Of a DNA stretch of 64,000 nucleotides, positions 1 to 43,720 are shown piece after piece. The translations under genes and the position numbers were made by a program. The notes below the pieces were generated by a model. It did no database searches and had not been told where the DNA came from. It saw nothing but the letters and a program-made list of their open reading frames with translations. The DNA is from the human T2T-CHM13v2.0 reference genome, Homo sapiens. The stretch lies in assembly GCF_009914755.1 (NCBI RefSeq), contig NC_060926.1; one strand, written 5' to 3'. How positions within the stretch are numbered: the first letter of the stretch is position 1; each line of letters opens with the position of its first letter.

Positions 1-3056
<3,056 letters not shown>

Positions 3057-3179
3057 TTAGTTTTCTTTATACTAGCTCATCCACTCCAACCTGGTATATT
3101 TACAGACTCCCAAGGTTAAAGTGTGCATTAAAGGTCATCTAACTGAATTACTAATCCAAGACATTCTTTACTCCAATTC

Positions 3180-3330
3180 TGGTCTGTGAACCAACAACAT
3201 GGGCATGATCTATTTGGAAGCTCATTAGAAATGTAGAATCTCAGGCTCCACCCTCAGATCCACTGAATCAGAAACCATTTTTAAAAGATCCCCAGGTGAT
3301 TCATGTGCACATTAGAGTTTGAAAAGCATT
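3180..3330. mobile_element. MER5A-like hAT-Charlie element
   Basis: Contains ttagaaatgtagaatctcaggctccaccctcagatccactgaatcagaa...ccccaggtgattcatgtgcacattagagtttgaaaagca. Confidence 0.7.
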
Positions 3331-3361
3331 ATTATATAACATATTCAAGACGTAGTCACTG

Positions 3362-3887
3362 GACCGCCTGACTGCCACCATCATGAGTCGCATGTGCACT
3401 CCTGGGAAGGGCCTGTCTCAATCGGCTCTGCCCTGTCACTGCAAGGTTCCCACTTGGCTGAAGCTGACATCTGATGACATGAAGGAGCAGACTTACAAAC
3501 TGACCAAGAAGGGTCTGCCTCCCTCACAAATCAGTGTGATCCTGAGGCTCATATGGTGTTGCACAAGTATATTTTTGTGACAGGCAATACAATCTTAAGA
3601 ATCCTTAAGTCCAAAAGACTTGCGCCTGATCTCCCTGAGGATCTCTACTGTTTAATTAAGCAAGCAGTTGCTATTCGAAAGCATGCTGAGAGGAACAGAA
3701 AGGATAAGGATGCCAAATTCCATCTGATTCTGATAGATGAATTCACCGACTGGCTCAATATTATTAATACAAGACCAAGCAAATCCTCCCACCCAACTGG
3801 AAACATGAGTCATCCACAGCCTCTGCCCTGGTTGCATAAGTTTGTCTACGTACTCAAGTAATAAAATGATTGTTTATCGAAAAAAAA
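3362..3887 (+). pseudogene. Processed pseudogene of ribosomal protein S13 (RPS13)
   Basis: Intronless. Starts [17 protein letters not shown]...[11 protein letters not shown] (ATG 3383) and continues after a frameshift as ...[25 protein letters not shown]...[10 protein letters not shown]. Ancestral TAA at 3837-3839, AATAAA at 3860-3865, A tail at 3880-3887, and a TSD remnant agtcactg on both sides (3354-3361 and 3890-3897). Confidence 0.95.
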
Positions 3888-4714
3888 GGAGTCACTGAGG
3901 AAGCAACATCATGTATTTTAAGCTAGAGTGTATCTGTGATACAGAAACTAGTACCTATAAACTACTGTACCAATTTAGATAGCCCAGGCCAGCATTACTC
4001 CTTCCAATCAAATTTGATCATTCATCTTCAAGACCTATCTCAGGACCCTTTTTTTTTTTTTCTTCATGAAATCTCCCTGAAGAATCTAGCCTAAATTAAG
4101 CTTATCCCTGCTACTAGTTGCAGCCCTACTATACATTTGGGCACTTGATTATTTCAACTTAGCATTATATATTTATCATCTTTAAAGTGTCATGTCCAAG
4201 TCTTGAAATTCTAGCAAGATTTTAAGCTCCTGAATTACAAAAACGTACCCTATTTTTTAAAATTCCATGATAACAAGGAAAAACAACAAACAAAATTTCT
4301 GGAAATTTGTTCACAAATTATTAATATAAATTATTAGGGGCAAGAAAGGAGGGCTCATGGTGAATTAAGTTTGGGAAACGATGAGGTCCAAGGCTTTTTG
4401 CTGCAAAACTTCTAAGAGTATTATGATAACATGCAAAATAAATCTCTAAGGATGAAATAAAGTATGTAACATTTCACAAACTTATTTGATCAAGCTCTCT
4501 TTTTTCATGGAATATCTGCAGGTACTAGTTTCCCAAACATACTCTGGAAATAAGTACTATGTACCATTGAACTGAAGACAAAAAAAAAAGTAGTAAAATA
4601 TTTGAATTTTTAAAATAATCCAAGTATATAGTTACTTGAATATCAATTTAAGTGAGTTTTGCACATTTATTTATTGGCCATTTGCATATTCTACTGGCTT
4701 TCAATTCCATTCAG

Positions 4715-4875
4715 AAGTATTTCTCAAACTGTTGTTTACATACTACCTGAATCAAAAATCACCTGCATTACTCATTAAAAATTACAACCTGCTGGACTGG
4801 AATCTCTGGAGGTGAAACGTTTTTAACAAGGGCTTCCAAATGATTCTTAGTACACAAAAGTCTGAGGACCTCTGG
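4715..4875. mobile_element. MER5-like hAT-Charlie element, degenerate
   Basis: Contains tttctcaaactg...aatcacctg...gaatctctggaggtg...tgattcttagtacacaaaagtctgaggacctctg. Confidence 0.55.
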
Positions 4876-5473
4876 CATATAACATACTTCAAGTATAATA
4901 CAAAGCACATCATCCTAACTGCTACAATGTACTGGTATATTTACTTTTTTTGTCACGGGAGGGTTTCAATCTTGATTTGGCTCTATGACAGAGACCTCAG
5001 AATAAAGAGGATTACCAAAGACTCCTTCCCTCCAAAGAAATCTAGGGATTTAAGTAAAGTAAGCAACCACGATGTAAACAGGTACAAAATAATTACTTCA
5101 GCACCATTTAATTAACTTCAAGCTTTGGGAAAGCTTCTACCTACAAACCTGATGCTAACAATTCACCCTTAATAGGATGATCATAACCCTCAACCTTAAC
5201 TTTTTCATCTTCCCTCAAAGCATTTTACTAGCTAATGATAACCTAACCCTTTGAGAGAAGGCGTTACCAGTTTCATGACAAAGATATTTAAAAGATTATG
5301 CAATCTACCCACAGCCATTTAGCAATCTGTGTCACAGTGATTATAATCCATGAGTAGGAAAAGTACCTCAGGCATAAGGGAAATAATTTCAGTTAACTAA
5401 CATTTACTGATGACCTACTATGTACATAAGACGTGGAAGGCAGTGGTAAAAAAGATGGATAAGAACTACTTGA

Positions 5474-9056
<3,583 letters not shown>

Positions 9057-9169
9057 CTACACTATTTATAAAGTTAAAAGTATGGAGAAAACCTGCATGC
9101 CAACCGGTTAAATATGTGGCAGTATAATGATACAAAGAAATATTAGAACTATTAGAAAGGCTCCTGGTC

Positions 9170-11840
<2,671 letters not shown>

Positions 11841-11907
11841 GAAAGGCTCCTGGTCAACAGTGTGAGGGAAAAAAAAGAAATATTAGCCATCAAGAAAAAT
11901 GAAATAA

Positions 11908-17950
<6,043 letters not shown>

Positions 17951-18164
17951 CCAAGTATTCTATCATCTAAACATGTTAAATAGAGGGTTGAGGGCATTAA
18001 TAATTATTTTGGGACAAGCATAAACTGTGCATGTGCCAGACAGGTCAGTACTATCCTAGGCTAATGGGGACATACGGTCACCCTACCTATTAACCACTGT
18101 TCTCTGTAACCCAGGAAAACAAAGTCTTGATTAAAAAAAAAAAAAAATCCAACTCACTATTTAA

Positions 18165-23925
<5,761 letters not shown>

Positions 23926-25204
23926 CCCAAAGAAATCCACTCAAGTTGATTATGCACACAAATGAAACGGATAATGCACACAAATGAAACTTCATTGTGT
24001 ATGTCCTGAAAGAAATGCCAAACACATAATTCAAAGTAATATGGCACTTAGATCCTTGAACAGACAGGATCACTCAACATTCAGGTGCAAACACTGGTTG
24101 GGCTTCTCAGTTCTCATAACAGTAGTAATTCTACCACTTGTCCAGCTGGATTCCAGAAGTTATGAGTTTACCTATAATTAGGTATTTAGGAGACATACAA
24201 TAAAACATCTACCAAAGGATGGTTTAAAAGACTCCTTGACAGGGAAAATGATTTAAGGAATTAGTATGTATTCACTTCCACAGGCTTTATAAGTTTCATC
24301 CATGACCTAAACAACAGAATGCGTGTATATCTGGACTACAGAAATAGCCTGTAACTGAATTTAAGCTGCATTTTCACTTGGCTACCAGAGACAATCCTAT
24401 GAACTCCACTACTGCTTTGGTTCGAAATTGTGGCAGGGAACATTGTCACGTTACAATATATTGTACCTATATTGTACTATAGGAGTACCTATATTGTACT
24501 CCATGTAAATCTGATACAGTATAAGGAAAAACTTGCTCTGTTCTGATGAACTTATATTTTCCCCTGCTCATCTGAGAGTTACACACATTATGAGATTTCC
24601 CTCTCAGACTTCTTTTACCTCTTTAACCCTCAATTTCGACCACTCTGCTTTGTTATGTTGGCAAACGCATGAGTGTTAGAAAAGGAAAAGCACAAGGTGA
24701 TAAAAGTATACTAAAGAAGGACCTAGGGATTTTTTTAATTAAAATAAAAATAAAGTAATACAGCATTTTACTTCTAAAGTTACTCAAAATATTTATTTTG
24801 ATCTCACAAGATGGGGACTCAGAGTCAATGACTATCTCAAAAAGCCTAAAAAGCTAGTGAAAAAGCCAGAAATACCAGCAAACAGACCTAACAATTAGGA
24901 GAAGTAGAAAAAAAGAGTTGAAATAATTTTCAAAGATTGCTGTACAGTTTTGTGAATACAGTATTAGATTGTTTACTAGGAGTGACACCTAGGTGGAGCA
25001 AATAAACGCTAATGACTGAGGGCCAGATTAACTGATCTAAAAGGGGTCAAGCTTTATGAAAGCTTGGAGCAAAACAAAAGCCACAGTATACAGGAGTAAT
25101 CACATCTAACTGCATAGCACTAAAAAACAACCTGATATTTTAAAAGTGTGGGCATTGTGGGTAATGATAAGAGAGGAAAAAAAAATAAGAAAATTTAAAA
25201 GTGA

Positions 25205-26355
25205 GGGCACAAAGGCAATCTACAGATTAAGAGAAAAATCTGCAAACCATATATCTGATAAGCAGTTAATTTCCAAAATACATAGGGTACTCCTACAACT
25301 CCAAAGGAAGAAAACATTTTTTAATGGGCAAAGCAGGATTTTAAGGCTGCAGTGAACCACTCCAGCCTGGGCATCAGAGTAAGACTCTGTCTCAAAAAAA
25401 AAAAAAAAGGGTCCTAACTAAACAGACACCTGTCAGGTATATAAAAAGGTGCTCAACATTACTAATCATCAGGGAAATGCAAATCAAAACCACAATGAGA
25501 TATCACCTCACACCTGTCAAAATGGCTCTTGTCAAAAAGACAAGAGACAACAAATATTGGGGAGATGTAGAAAAAAGGGAATCCTGGTACATGTCAGTAG
25601 AAATGCAAAATGGTGCAGCCACTATGGAAAACAGTATGAACGTTCCTCAAAAAATTAAAAATAGAACTACCATATGATCCAGCAATCCCAACTTCTGGGT
25701 ATTTATCCAAAGGAATTGAAATTAGGATTTCGACGGACATCTGCACTTCCATGTTCGCAGTAGCATTATTAATAGCTAAGACATGGAAACAATCTAAATG
25801 TCCAAAAAGAGATGAATGTAGAAAACGTGGTGTACATGTGTGCATGCCCAGTGGAATACTATTAAGCCTAAGAAGGAAATCCTGCCATTTACAACAACAC
25901 AGATGCACCTAGAGGATGTTACACTAAATAATATGTCAGTCCCAGAAAGACAAATACTGAATGATCTCACTTATCTGGTAGTTTAGTGGAATCTAAACTA
26001 GCAAATTCACAGAAGCAGAGAGTAGAAGGGTGATTGCCAGGGTCTTGTGGGGGGACAATCAAGTTTCACTTATGCCAGATAAGTTCTGGAGATCTATATA
26101 GCATAGTGCCTACATCTAAGAATACTGTATTGCATACTTAAAATTTTCTAAGAGGGTAGATTTTATATCAAGTGTTCTTACCACAAAAATAATACTAATA
26201 ATACATTCATAATAAAAGGGACAGGGAAACTTTAGGAATGACGGACATGTCTATGGTGTTGATGCGGTGGTGTTTTCACAAATATATACTTATCTCCAAA
26301 CTCACAGAGTTATATACACTAAGTACCACCTTTTACATGTCAAAAAAAAAAAAGG
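25205..26355 (+). mobile_element. L1MA-type 3' end
   Basis: ORF2 C-terminal remnant [17 protein letters not shown], followed by an L1MA-style 3' UTR and an A tail ~26342-26353. Confidence 0.8.
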
Positions 26356-26592
26356 CTTTTCATACCGAAAAAAAGAAAAAGAAAATAATTCCAATAATCG
26401 GCAGAATGCATATTTTCCCCCATCCTATGCATATACTACTTGGGAAAAAGACAAAACTTTAAGAAAAGCTCATAGCGCTATGACTTTTTAAAGCAAATAA
26501 AATGTCTCTGGACACAGTGAATGAAATAATCTAAAAACAGGGAAAAGGGGGAAAAATAGGCATCAAGTGTAGTTAGTTAAGAACATGGCACA

Positions 26593-26892
26593 GGCTGGGC
26601 GCGGTGGCTCACGCCTGTAATCCCAGCACTTTGGGAGGCCGAGGCGGGCTGATGACGAGGTCAGGAGATCGACACCATCCTGGCTAACACCGTGAAACCC
26701 CGTCTCTAATAAAAATACAAAAAAATTAGCCGGGCGTGGTGGCGGGCGCCTGTAGTCCCAGCTACTCGGGAGGCTGAGGCAGGAGAATGGCGTGAACCCC
26801 GGGGGGCGGAGCCTGCAGTGAGCCGAGATCGCGCCACTGCACTCCAGCCTGGGCTACAGCGAGACTCCGTCTCAAAAAAAAACAAACAAACA
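26593..26892 (+). mobile_element. Young AluY (Ye5-like)
   Basis: Contains gaaccccggggggcggagcctgcag and tacagcgagactcc. TSD aacatggcaca at 26582-26592 and 26893-26903. Confidence 0.85.
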
Positions 26893-29246
26893 AACATGGC
26901 ACAAAAGCAGAAAAAGGAGAAACTCCTCAATTACAAACAGGAATATTATGTTACAAACAGGAATACATTTCTTTCTACAAAAATAAGGGTCTGCGAAAGC
27001 AACAACACGGGCAACCCCATTTTGCACCAAATGAGACTTTACAGACACTGGCAAATGCTTATTACAGACCCCACAGACATAGAGGGTGTCTTTAAGTACT
27101 CCAGAAAGGGTGAACCAGGAGTGCTAAATTCCTACAAAACTGGAGAAGAGCTAACCAGAAATATACAACCTGCTTCATAAATATATAGTCCATAAACTTA
27201 ATAAATTCAGAATTATAATTTATCCTCTTCTAAAGGTCCAATCACTATGTAAGAGTAGTTACGTCTCTAAAAAAACCTTTCAGAGAAAGCAATTAGATGA
27301 CTACATCATCTCCTAGAGCCGAACATAAATCTTCTTAAGACTGAAAAACAAATATTTCAAAGTAAATCTTTAGTACCCTGTTATTTATGGTGCTTTAAAA
27401 CATTTTAAAAGGATCTTTGAAACAAAGTTTCATTAGTACCCTTCTACAAAGAGCTCTCATATCTTTCATTCTTTTAGCAATTTAAAAGCTACCAAATGTT
27501 CATTTCCTCATTAGATTATTGATTCCTAGCCTTTTAACATCTCTATAACAGCTGCTTGACAAATTACCTCACCTTATTCCTCGGGGGGTGAGGACAGCAT
27601 GATATCCATGAATTCAAAAATGGGACCACAAACTGATGAGTGAAGATGAGCTAATTGCTTCAGATGAGTTAGACACTGCTCTAACAGACTAGGCATTCAC
27701 ATAGCATGATACGATTAAATGCTTACACCCTAAATATTTTCTTTGTCCTTAAATGTACAGAAAAGATCTTTTCTTAAATTGAGTTTTATTTTAAAATATG
27801 TGATAGCCTCAGTAGGTCAAGAAGCTTGAACATGTTTGGAATAGTTTCCACCGAAAGCCTCGTCTTCAAAGTACTTATTCTCAACAGTTTGCACAACTTT
27901 CAGATTTAACCTTATTTCAACCTAAGAGAGCTGTAAGCCCCCAAAATAGTCTATTAAATAGGACGTTATAATGCCCAAAATTTTATCAAAGAAAAGCCAA
28001 AACGATTTTCAAAGATATAATAAAAATATTTCAGAGTAGTATGGTAAAATATTCCTGTCTCTGCCTAGATCCATTCTGTTAGTGTCAAAACAGTGTAAGA
28101 CACAAAGAAAAGCACACACAAACCGCGATCTTGTAGACCCCTAGAACATAAAATATTGCTTTCCCCCAATAAGAACCACAAAATGGTGTGGAATTAAAGG
28201 AGCATTTTAAATGAACAGCTTTTTCCAGCCAAATTACTTAGCAAGTCAACCTCTTTTAGACAGAAGCAATACACTCTTCTCTGAATTCAGAAACAATCTC
28301 ATAGTAAAACAAACGTGTCAATTCCTTTAAAACAATAAATATCTGTGCTTAGCTTTATAATGTAGGTAATAAAATTTCAAGATCTTTCAATCAGTTTTTT
28401 AATTCAATCACCAGCGTCTTTAAATGTCATTTTTGCAACTGCATGACTATGGTGTTCATTCACCTTTTGTAATATAGTCCCATAACAAAAATGTAGACAC
28501 CCAAGAAACCACACAGTTTTGGCATGATGGTGCTGACTATCCGAAACATTCCACTTGTTTCTTTCGACGTGCTCCTTCTGTGACCTGAAAGCTCTGGTTC
28601 CTACTAGCACCTTGGTGAGCTAGCTGGCTGGTTCCCCAGCTATAATATCATGTTTGATCTCTCCTGCCTGGAGAGGCGATAGCGTTGATTTTGTTTTTAA
28701 AGTTGGTGTCAGAGCAGCTACAAACTTTTTTCAGCATCCCTGCCTGGCTGCCAACTGGAGCTCTCTGTTCACTTCCTCACCAACTTGAACCACCCCCAAA
28801 CTGAGAGTAAGCTGGAGTTAGACAGCGGCAGGAACTGACACACTTTCAAGAAGGGTTTGACACCGCAGAAAACTTTCACTTCTCCAACCCTTCCACCCAG
28901 GGGCTCTGGCCCTTCGCTCTTGCTTCCCCGCTAGAATTCCCCTCTGGGGCAGGACAAGGACACGGACAGCAGATCGTTCGAATGACGCCGAAAGGGACCC
29001 CCAAAGCCCTCTCCCCTGGACTCAAGGGCTGTTCTTCACACAAAAGAGCCGGGCCAGCTTGAAAAGCAAAGGGGCCAGCGTCGCGGCCCTTCTCTGGGTG
29101 CCACCCTCCACCGCGCCCGCAGACCCTGTCTCCAGCCGCCCGAGCGGTCTCCACTGTAGGCTTCCTACCCCCAACCCGGCCAGACAAAGCCCCGGCAGCA
29201 GGGCCGGCACTTCCGAGCCTCCGGACTCGGGACGCCGCGCTCTTAC

Positions 29247-29462
29247 CCTGGCCTCATCCAGAGTGACGCCGGCGCCACCGCTTCCCCCGGCTTTGGCGGC
29301 GGGGCAGCTGGCGGCGCGGGTCTTGGAGGAGCGGGTCCGAGAGGAGATGAAATGGCTGCTGCCTCCGGTCGCCCCAGGCTCTGCTCCGGCCCCAGGCCCA
29401 GGCCCGGGACCAGGAGACTTGGACCCGAGAAGGCGGAGAGAGCTCTTCCGGGTGTTCACCAT
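29247..29462 (-). CDS. ATAD2B: ATAD2B (ATPase family AAA domain-containing 2B) coding part of exon 1, 72 codons
   Basis: The minus-strand translation MVNTRKSSLRLLGSKSPGPGPGPGAGAEPGATGGSSHFISSRTRSSKTRAASCPAAKAGGSGGAGVTLDEAR matches the ATAD2B N-terminus as I recall it. The start has a strong Kozak context (accATGG). The exon ends at a canonical donor AGG|GTAAGA (plus-strand tcttac at 29241-29246), phase 0, inside a CpG island. Confidence 0.95.
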
Positions 29463-29800
29463 GGTCCAGCCAGGGGGACGGAGTCCACGCCGCGCCCGGG
29501 AGAGCCGAGCAAGGCCGGCCCGCCGGCCGGTCAGTCAGGGCCAGCGGAGCCGAGCCGGGCAATGAGAGACGAGCCGGCCCGGAGCGTGCGGAGCGCAGAC
29601 GAGCACAAGAGAGAGCCGGGCAGAGGAAGGGAAGTCGGCGTGAGCAGGCGGCGTGCGGGAAGCGGGGGCGGTGCTGCAGACCGGCAGCACAGACACTCCG
29701 CCGGCTTCGCCCTCCTCAGCGGGAGCCGAGCGGAGCCGCCATTTCTACCCCTTTCTCTCCCGTTCTCGCTCTCGAGCTCCGTGCGTCAAGGCTCCAGCGC
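29463..29800 (-). other. ATAD2B: ATAD2B 5' UTR portion of exon 1 (TSS approximate)
   Basis: GC-rich leader upstream of the ATG with no obvious intervening splice site. The TSS position is inferred, not visible in the sequence. Confidence 0.6.
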
Positions 29801-29959
29801 CGCAGGGCCAACGAGACCGCTTCCGGCCGCAGCCACGGCGGGGCGCTGCGAAGCCGGCCAGCCCTTCCCGGCTGCTCGCTCCTCTCCCTGCCGCCTCCAG
29901 CTGCCCCGCCCCCGGCCCGGCGTCAGCGCTCGGCGGCCGGGGAGCGACGCTCTAGGCTG

Positions 29960-30307
29960 TCAGCTCGGTGGTTTCCAGCTCTCCCCGACCGCAGGGCTGG
30001 GGCGACCAGAAAAGCCAGACTAATCAGGACGAGTTCGGGCGTGGAATTGGGCCTGAAGCCCTCATGCCCAGCCAGGCCTGAATGCCCCAGACCCCACCGT
30101 CACCCCCGTGGCCTGGATGGAGCAGGGGACGGCCGGCGAAGGCGCGGGGTGGAAGGGGAGCGGCGACGAAGGCGCGAGGAGCTGACTGGGAATCCCCAAG
30201 CTACCCGAGGCAAGACACTGAACTTGAGTCGCACTTTTCATGCCTGTAGAAATGAGAATGACAGCTGTGATAAAAAAAAAATTCATCTGGGCGGTATCTG
30301 GAACTTG
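29960..30307 (+). other. Candidate distal first exon on the plus strand (long UBXN2A isoform or divergent transcript); start approximate
   Basis: Lies on the plus-strand side of the ATAD2B CpG island and ends in a strong donor TTG|GTAAGC (GT at 30308-30309). Confidence 0.5.
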
Positions 30308-30566
30308 GTAAGCTTAAGAAGAGAAGGGGGGGGGGAAACACCATGCTAGAACTCTGCGTTTTTAAACAAAGCGAGGCAGGGTCGTTTTCTATCCCCTTAG
30401 CCAGATCTAAGGCGGAGCCAAAGAATGAGTACCCTGTAAGAGCCGCCTCTATCGCCGCCCCCTGCCCCCGGCCCGCTGAAGAATTAAGAATACAAAAAGC
30501 TGAACCCACAGATAAAGCATTTGCAATTTAACTTCCAAAGAAAAAAAAATTAAGCCACACAATTCA

Positions 30567-41556
<10,990 letters not shown>

Positions 41557-41744
41557 CAAAAAATCGGAAGAGCTCTCACAGAATGGTCAAAGAAAAGTCT
41601 CTTTGCCTAACGGGATCAATTTAACTCCTTATTGTGCTTCAACAGACACGGTCTCATGAGCAGTGAGATTTGAACTCACCACAGGCTCCCAAAATCACTG
41701 AACAGGAGATGAGGGAGGTGGTGGTGGGGGGAACGGCATGGGCC

Positions 41745-42884
<1,140 letters not shown>

Positions 42885-42989
42885 GAATGCAGGGATGTCT
42901 CTCCATGGTTTCTGAGGCTGAGGAGGTACCCAGGTAAGCACACTCTGGGTTCTCTGGTGAGCACACACCGAGCTGCCTGCATCTCCCCT

Positions 42990-43720
42990 ACCCATGAAGG
43001 CAGCTAGCCGCCGGGCCAGTGGTGGGAAGGGGAGGCGGCCATTAGCGCCGTTCCCGCCGGGACTTGAAGCGCCCGGCCGCGGCAAGCCCCGCCCTCGGCG
43101 CGCCCCCGCGTCCGCGCGCGCTCCTCGGGTCTGCGCGGAGCCGGCGTCGGCGCGCGCTTGGGCGCCTGGCGAAGACCGAGAGAGGCTGGCGGGATCTCAG
43201 CGGCGCGGCCGCGGAACCTGAGGCGGTCTGGGGCGGCGGCGCTCCGGCTCTGAAGGGCTCCAGCCAAACGGAGCCCGCGGCCAAACGGTGCCTGCGGTGC
43301 CTGAGCTGAGTGAGGCCGAGGCCGGGAGGCCGTGCCCGGAGGTGAGCGTCCCGGGGCCGCGCCGCGTCCGGCGGGGTGAGGGCGGGGCGGGGCGGTCGCC
43401 TGCCGGCTGGGGCCGAGGGGTCGCGGCCTGTGGCTTGGCCGCCGCGGATCGTCGGTGTCGGGGGGAGTCTCGCTCCGGAGGGCCGCGTGTTTGCGACTCG
43501 GGAAGGGGCGCCGGCGGCGGAGCCCGAGCCAGGGTCCCGCCCAGCCCAGGTGAGCGGCGACCCCGAGCCCCTGACTCGCCTGCGGCTTGACTTGCGAGCT
43601 AGCTGAAGGCACAGCTCCTGGTTCTCTCGCAGGGCGTTCCGAAACTTACAGTTATGCGCAACACAATGTTTCTATTTTCAAAGGCGAACGCTGCACGATC
43701 GCAGTCCAGTGATACAAAGT
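42990..43720 (+). promoter_or_regulatory. CpG island / UBXN2A main promoter
   Basis: Dense CpG, tandem GGGGCGG GC boxes at ~43380-43395, gcggccatt at ~43035, and plus-strand splice donors within the island. Confidence 0.9.
43150..43341 (+). other. UBXN2A: UBXN2A non-coding exon 1 (start approximate)
   Basis: ATG-free GC-rich segment ending at donor GAG|GTGAGC (GT at 43342-43343). It is the nearest CpG-island first exon upstream of the UBXN2A start exon. Confidence 0.75.

Larger units (their letters stand above)
28960..30210. promoter_or_regulatory. CpG island / ATAD2B promoter, probably bidirectional
   Basis: Dense CpG and high GC. Contains ETS-type cores (acttccg ~29209, cttccgg ~29820), a YY1-type GCCGCCATTT at 29735-29744, and GC-box-like ccccgccccc ~29903. 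Confidence 0.9.

Noticed and set aside
26818-27180. 120-aa ORF extending from an Alu tail into unique sequence
   Set aside because: Non-ATG Alu start, antisense within ATAD2B intron 1, and no recognisable homology or splice structure.
29022-29246. Distal half of the 146-aa ORF 29022..29462
   Set aside because: It is read-through past the AGG|GTAAGA donor into intron 1; only the first 72 codons are ATAD2B.
29059-30349. Long plus-strand ORFs (168, 223, 100, 102 aa) in the ATAD2B island
   Set aside because: Low-complexity Arg/Pro/Gly/Ala ORFs are expected in stop-poor GC-rich DNA, and none has a recognisable domain.
42994-43612. ORFs up to 202 aa in the UBXN2A island
   Set aside because: Same GC-rich artefact; several start at non-ATG codons.
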